64,000 nucleotides of DNA from Takakia lepidozioides (taxonomy: Eukaryota > Plantae > Bryophyta). The notes below the pieces were generated by a model. It was not told where the DNA came from. It saw only the letters and a list, made by a program, of their open reading frames with translations, and did no database searches. Below, in pieces: positions 62,425-64,000 of the stretch. Within the stretch, counting starts at the first letter, position 1, and every line of letters begins with the position of its first letter. Location: assembly GCA_030704615.1 (NCBI GenBank), contig CM060733.1, positions 32,860,001 to 32,924,000 of the forward strand, written 5' to 3'. A program made the translations under genes and the position numbers.

Positions 62425-63807
62425 CAGCCTTGATTGTCACTGCTTTCAAGGGAACCACGATCTCATGTCCCTCACCATTGCTAAAATGAAGGGAATAGTC
62501 TGCCAGGCTGATGGTGGCACCAGCTCCACTCATCCAGTCAAGGCCTAGCAGGAATTGTTCCCCAATTGTAACTATGCAGGTCACCACCACCTCTTTTTTG
62601 TGAATCTTGATGGGCATAGTAACTAATCCTAGCGGCTCATATCTTGACCCATCAGCAATCAAAACCTCAATTCCTGAAGCAGGGCATAGCTTAAGACCAA
62701 GGACTCTTACATTAAGAGGGATGACAGATATGGTGCCTATATCAATCACGCAGGGAAAGCTTAGCTCATGGATGTGGCATTGAGCCATAAAGGGATTGAT
62801 CTGCTGGTCAGCAGCCCTTCTACTGAGAGGATAATGCAAGGCCTTGAAGTTAGTAGATAAAACAGCTTGAACTAGTATAAGAGAGGTAGGGTTGGTAGAT
62901 GATTGACCTCTCGCCCCCTTCCCAAGAGGTCTCTCTAGTTTAAAGAAGGGGAAGAACCACTAGCAACTTTCCTGTTCTTGATCAGCTCTGGTAATCCTGC
63001 CTTGTCTAAACAATGCTTAGTCCAGTGCTCAAAAGATCCACAGATGTAACATGCAGCTCGTTACCTTCATATGTTTGCCCAGTTTGGGTGCGACCCCTAT
63101 TATTGCCACTTGTTGGCCCTTGTGCCTGGCGAGGCTGCCAATGCTGTTGGTGGGCTTGCATTGCAGCAAATTGAGTGGCTACAGACTCACTAAGACTGCC
63201 TATTGTGTTTGCCAATCCTTGAAGGATGAAGTCATCTGTCTTACAATGCATAGCAGGAGGAACATAAGGCACAGATGTTGCAGTCATGCCGAGCTCGGCG
63301 CCCATTGGAGCTTGAAACTTGGCATGATGTTGCGTTGATTTGCTGTCAGCCAAGTCTACCATCTTAAGGTTAATTTCTACTAACATGGTTTTGTCATTGA
63401 TAAAATGACGACGCTGAGCCCAATTTTGAATAGCAGGGGGCAAGCCAAGGAGAAAAAGGCCTTTTGACCATGCGATCTCTTTCTACTGGGTCAATGATGT
63501 TCTCAACAACAGCAGACTTGATGTCCATGTAAAATTGCCACAGGGATTCTCTAGGCTGGTAAGTCCTGGAAGAGAGCTTAACAAAGCAGTCTAGAGGTCT
63601 TTCAGGAGGCTTGAACTAGGTCTTAGCCCATTCTATAAGGGTCGCCCAATTGAGGCTAGGATCATCCTTGACTGCTGCATGCAGCAAGTCCCGAGCTGAC
63701 CCCTTCATGCTCATCCTAAAGATGGCTACCTTGAAGTTCTCAGGCATTCCATTTACGCTAGCAATGACTTCAAACATTTGAAGGTACTTATCAAAGTCTT
63801 CCCCCAT
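62425..63807 (-). pseudogene. Gypsy gag and aspartic protease remnants
   Basis: ORFs 63616-63807, 63006-63443 and 62375-62839; CCHC knuckle; protease CVIDIGT...LLGLDW. Confidence 0.85.
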
Positions 63808-64000
63808 AGTATACTCTGGATAGGGTTGAGTGGTGAGCTGAGGGATCAGATGACAAGGCAGACTGTGGTTTATGTGCCCAGGAAGAACAGAAGCATGAGC
63901 AGCACAGCAGGGAACAATGGATTGAGTAGGAACAGAAGAGGTATTGGCAGCATGTATAGAATTAACAGCAGATGCAGTACTTTGATTAACCCCACTAATG

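Larger units (their letters stand above)
48061..64000 (-). mobile_element. Second Ty3/Gypsy copy of the same family, degenerate, interrupted by a DNA transposon and extending past the right edge
   Basis: Minus-strand order: gag (FDKYLQMFEVIA; zinc knuckle CYICGSFEHWTKHC ~63010-63055), protease (CVIDIGT..FLLGLDWM), dUTPase-like segment, RT ([19 protein letters not shown]), RNase H, then a truncated integrase. RNase H and integrase are highly similar to 25040-26580. Confidence 0.92.

Overview
Eukaryotic land-plant genomic DNA with spliceosomal introns; a non-seed plant is plausible but cannot be determined from this window. Host genes are an ABCB26/TAP-like ABC transporter (minus strand, running off the left edge), a long SPL1/12/14-type SBP-box gene (minus), and a head-to-head pair of organellar splicing-factor genes (PORR on minus, CRM/YhbY on plus). 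An organic-cation-transporter pseudogene fragment is also present. Mobile DNA includes an internally deleted Ty3/Gypsy element with two LTRs, a decayed PIF/Harbinger element with TIRs and TTA TSD, a TTAA-flanked piggyBac-like MITE, two tRNA-derived SINEs, and a second degenerate Gypsy copy. The main finding is an 11.3-kb Mutator-like DNA transposon (51084-62415; 9-bp TSD TAGTAGACC; imperfect TIRs) nested in that second Gypsy. It encodes an open GCM-like/DDE/SWIM transposase. Divergently, it encodes a multi-exon gene predicted to join a ParB/Srx-like domain to a bacterial-type beta-class amino (N4C/N6A) DNA methyltransferase. The two largest introns of that cargo gene carry arrays of a conserved 20-bp palindrome (GAATGTCGT-TG-ACGACATTC) that resemble parS-type binding sites. 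All calls come from reading motifs by eye; no database searches were run.
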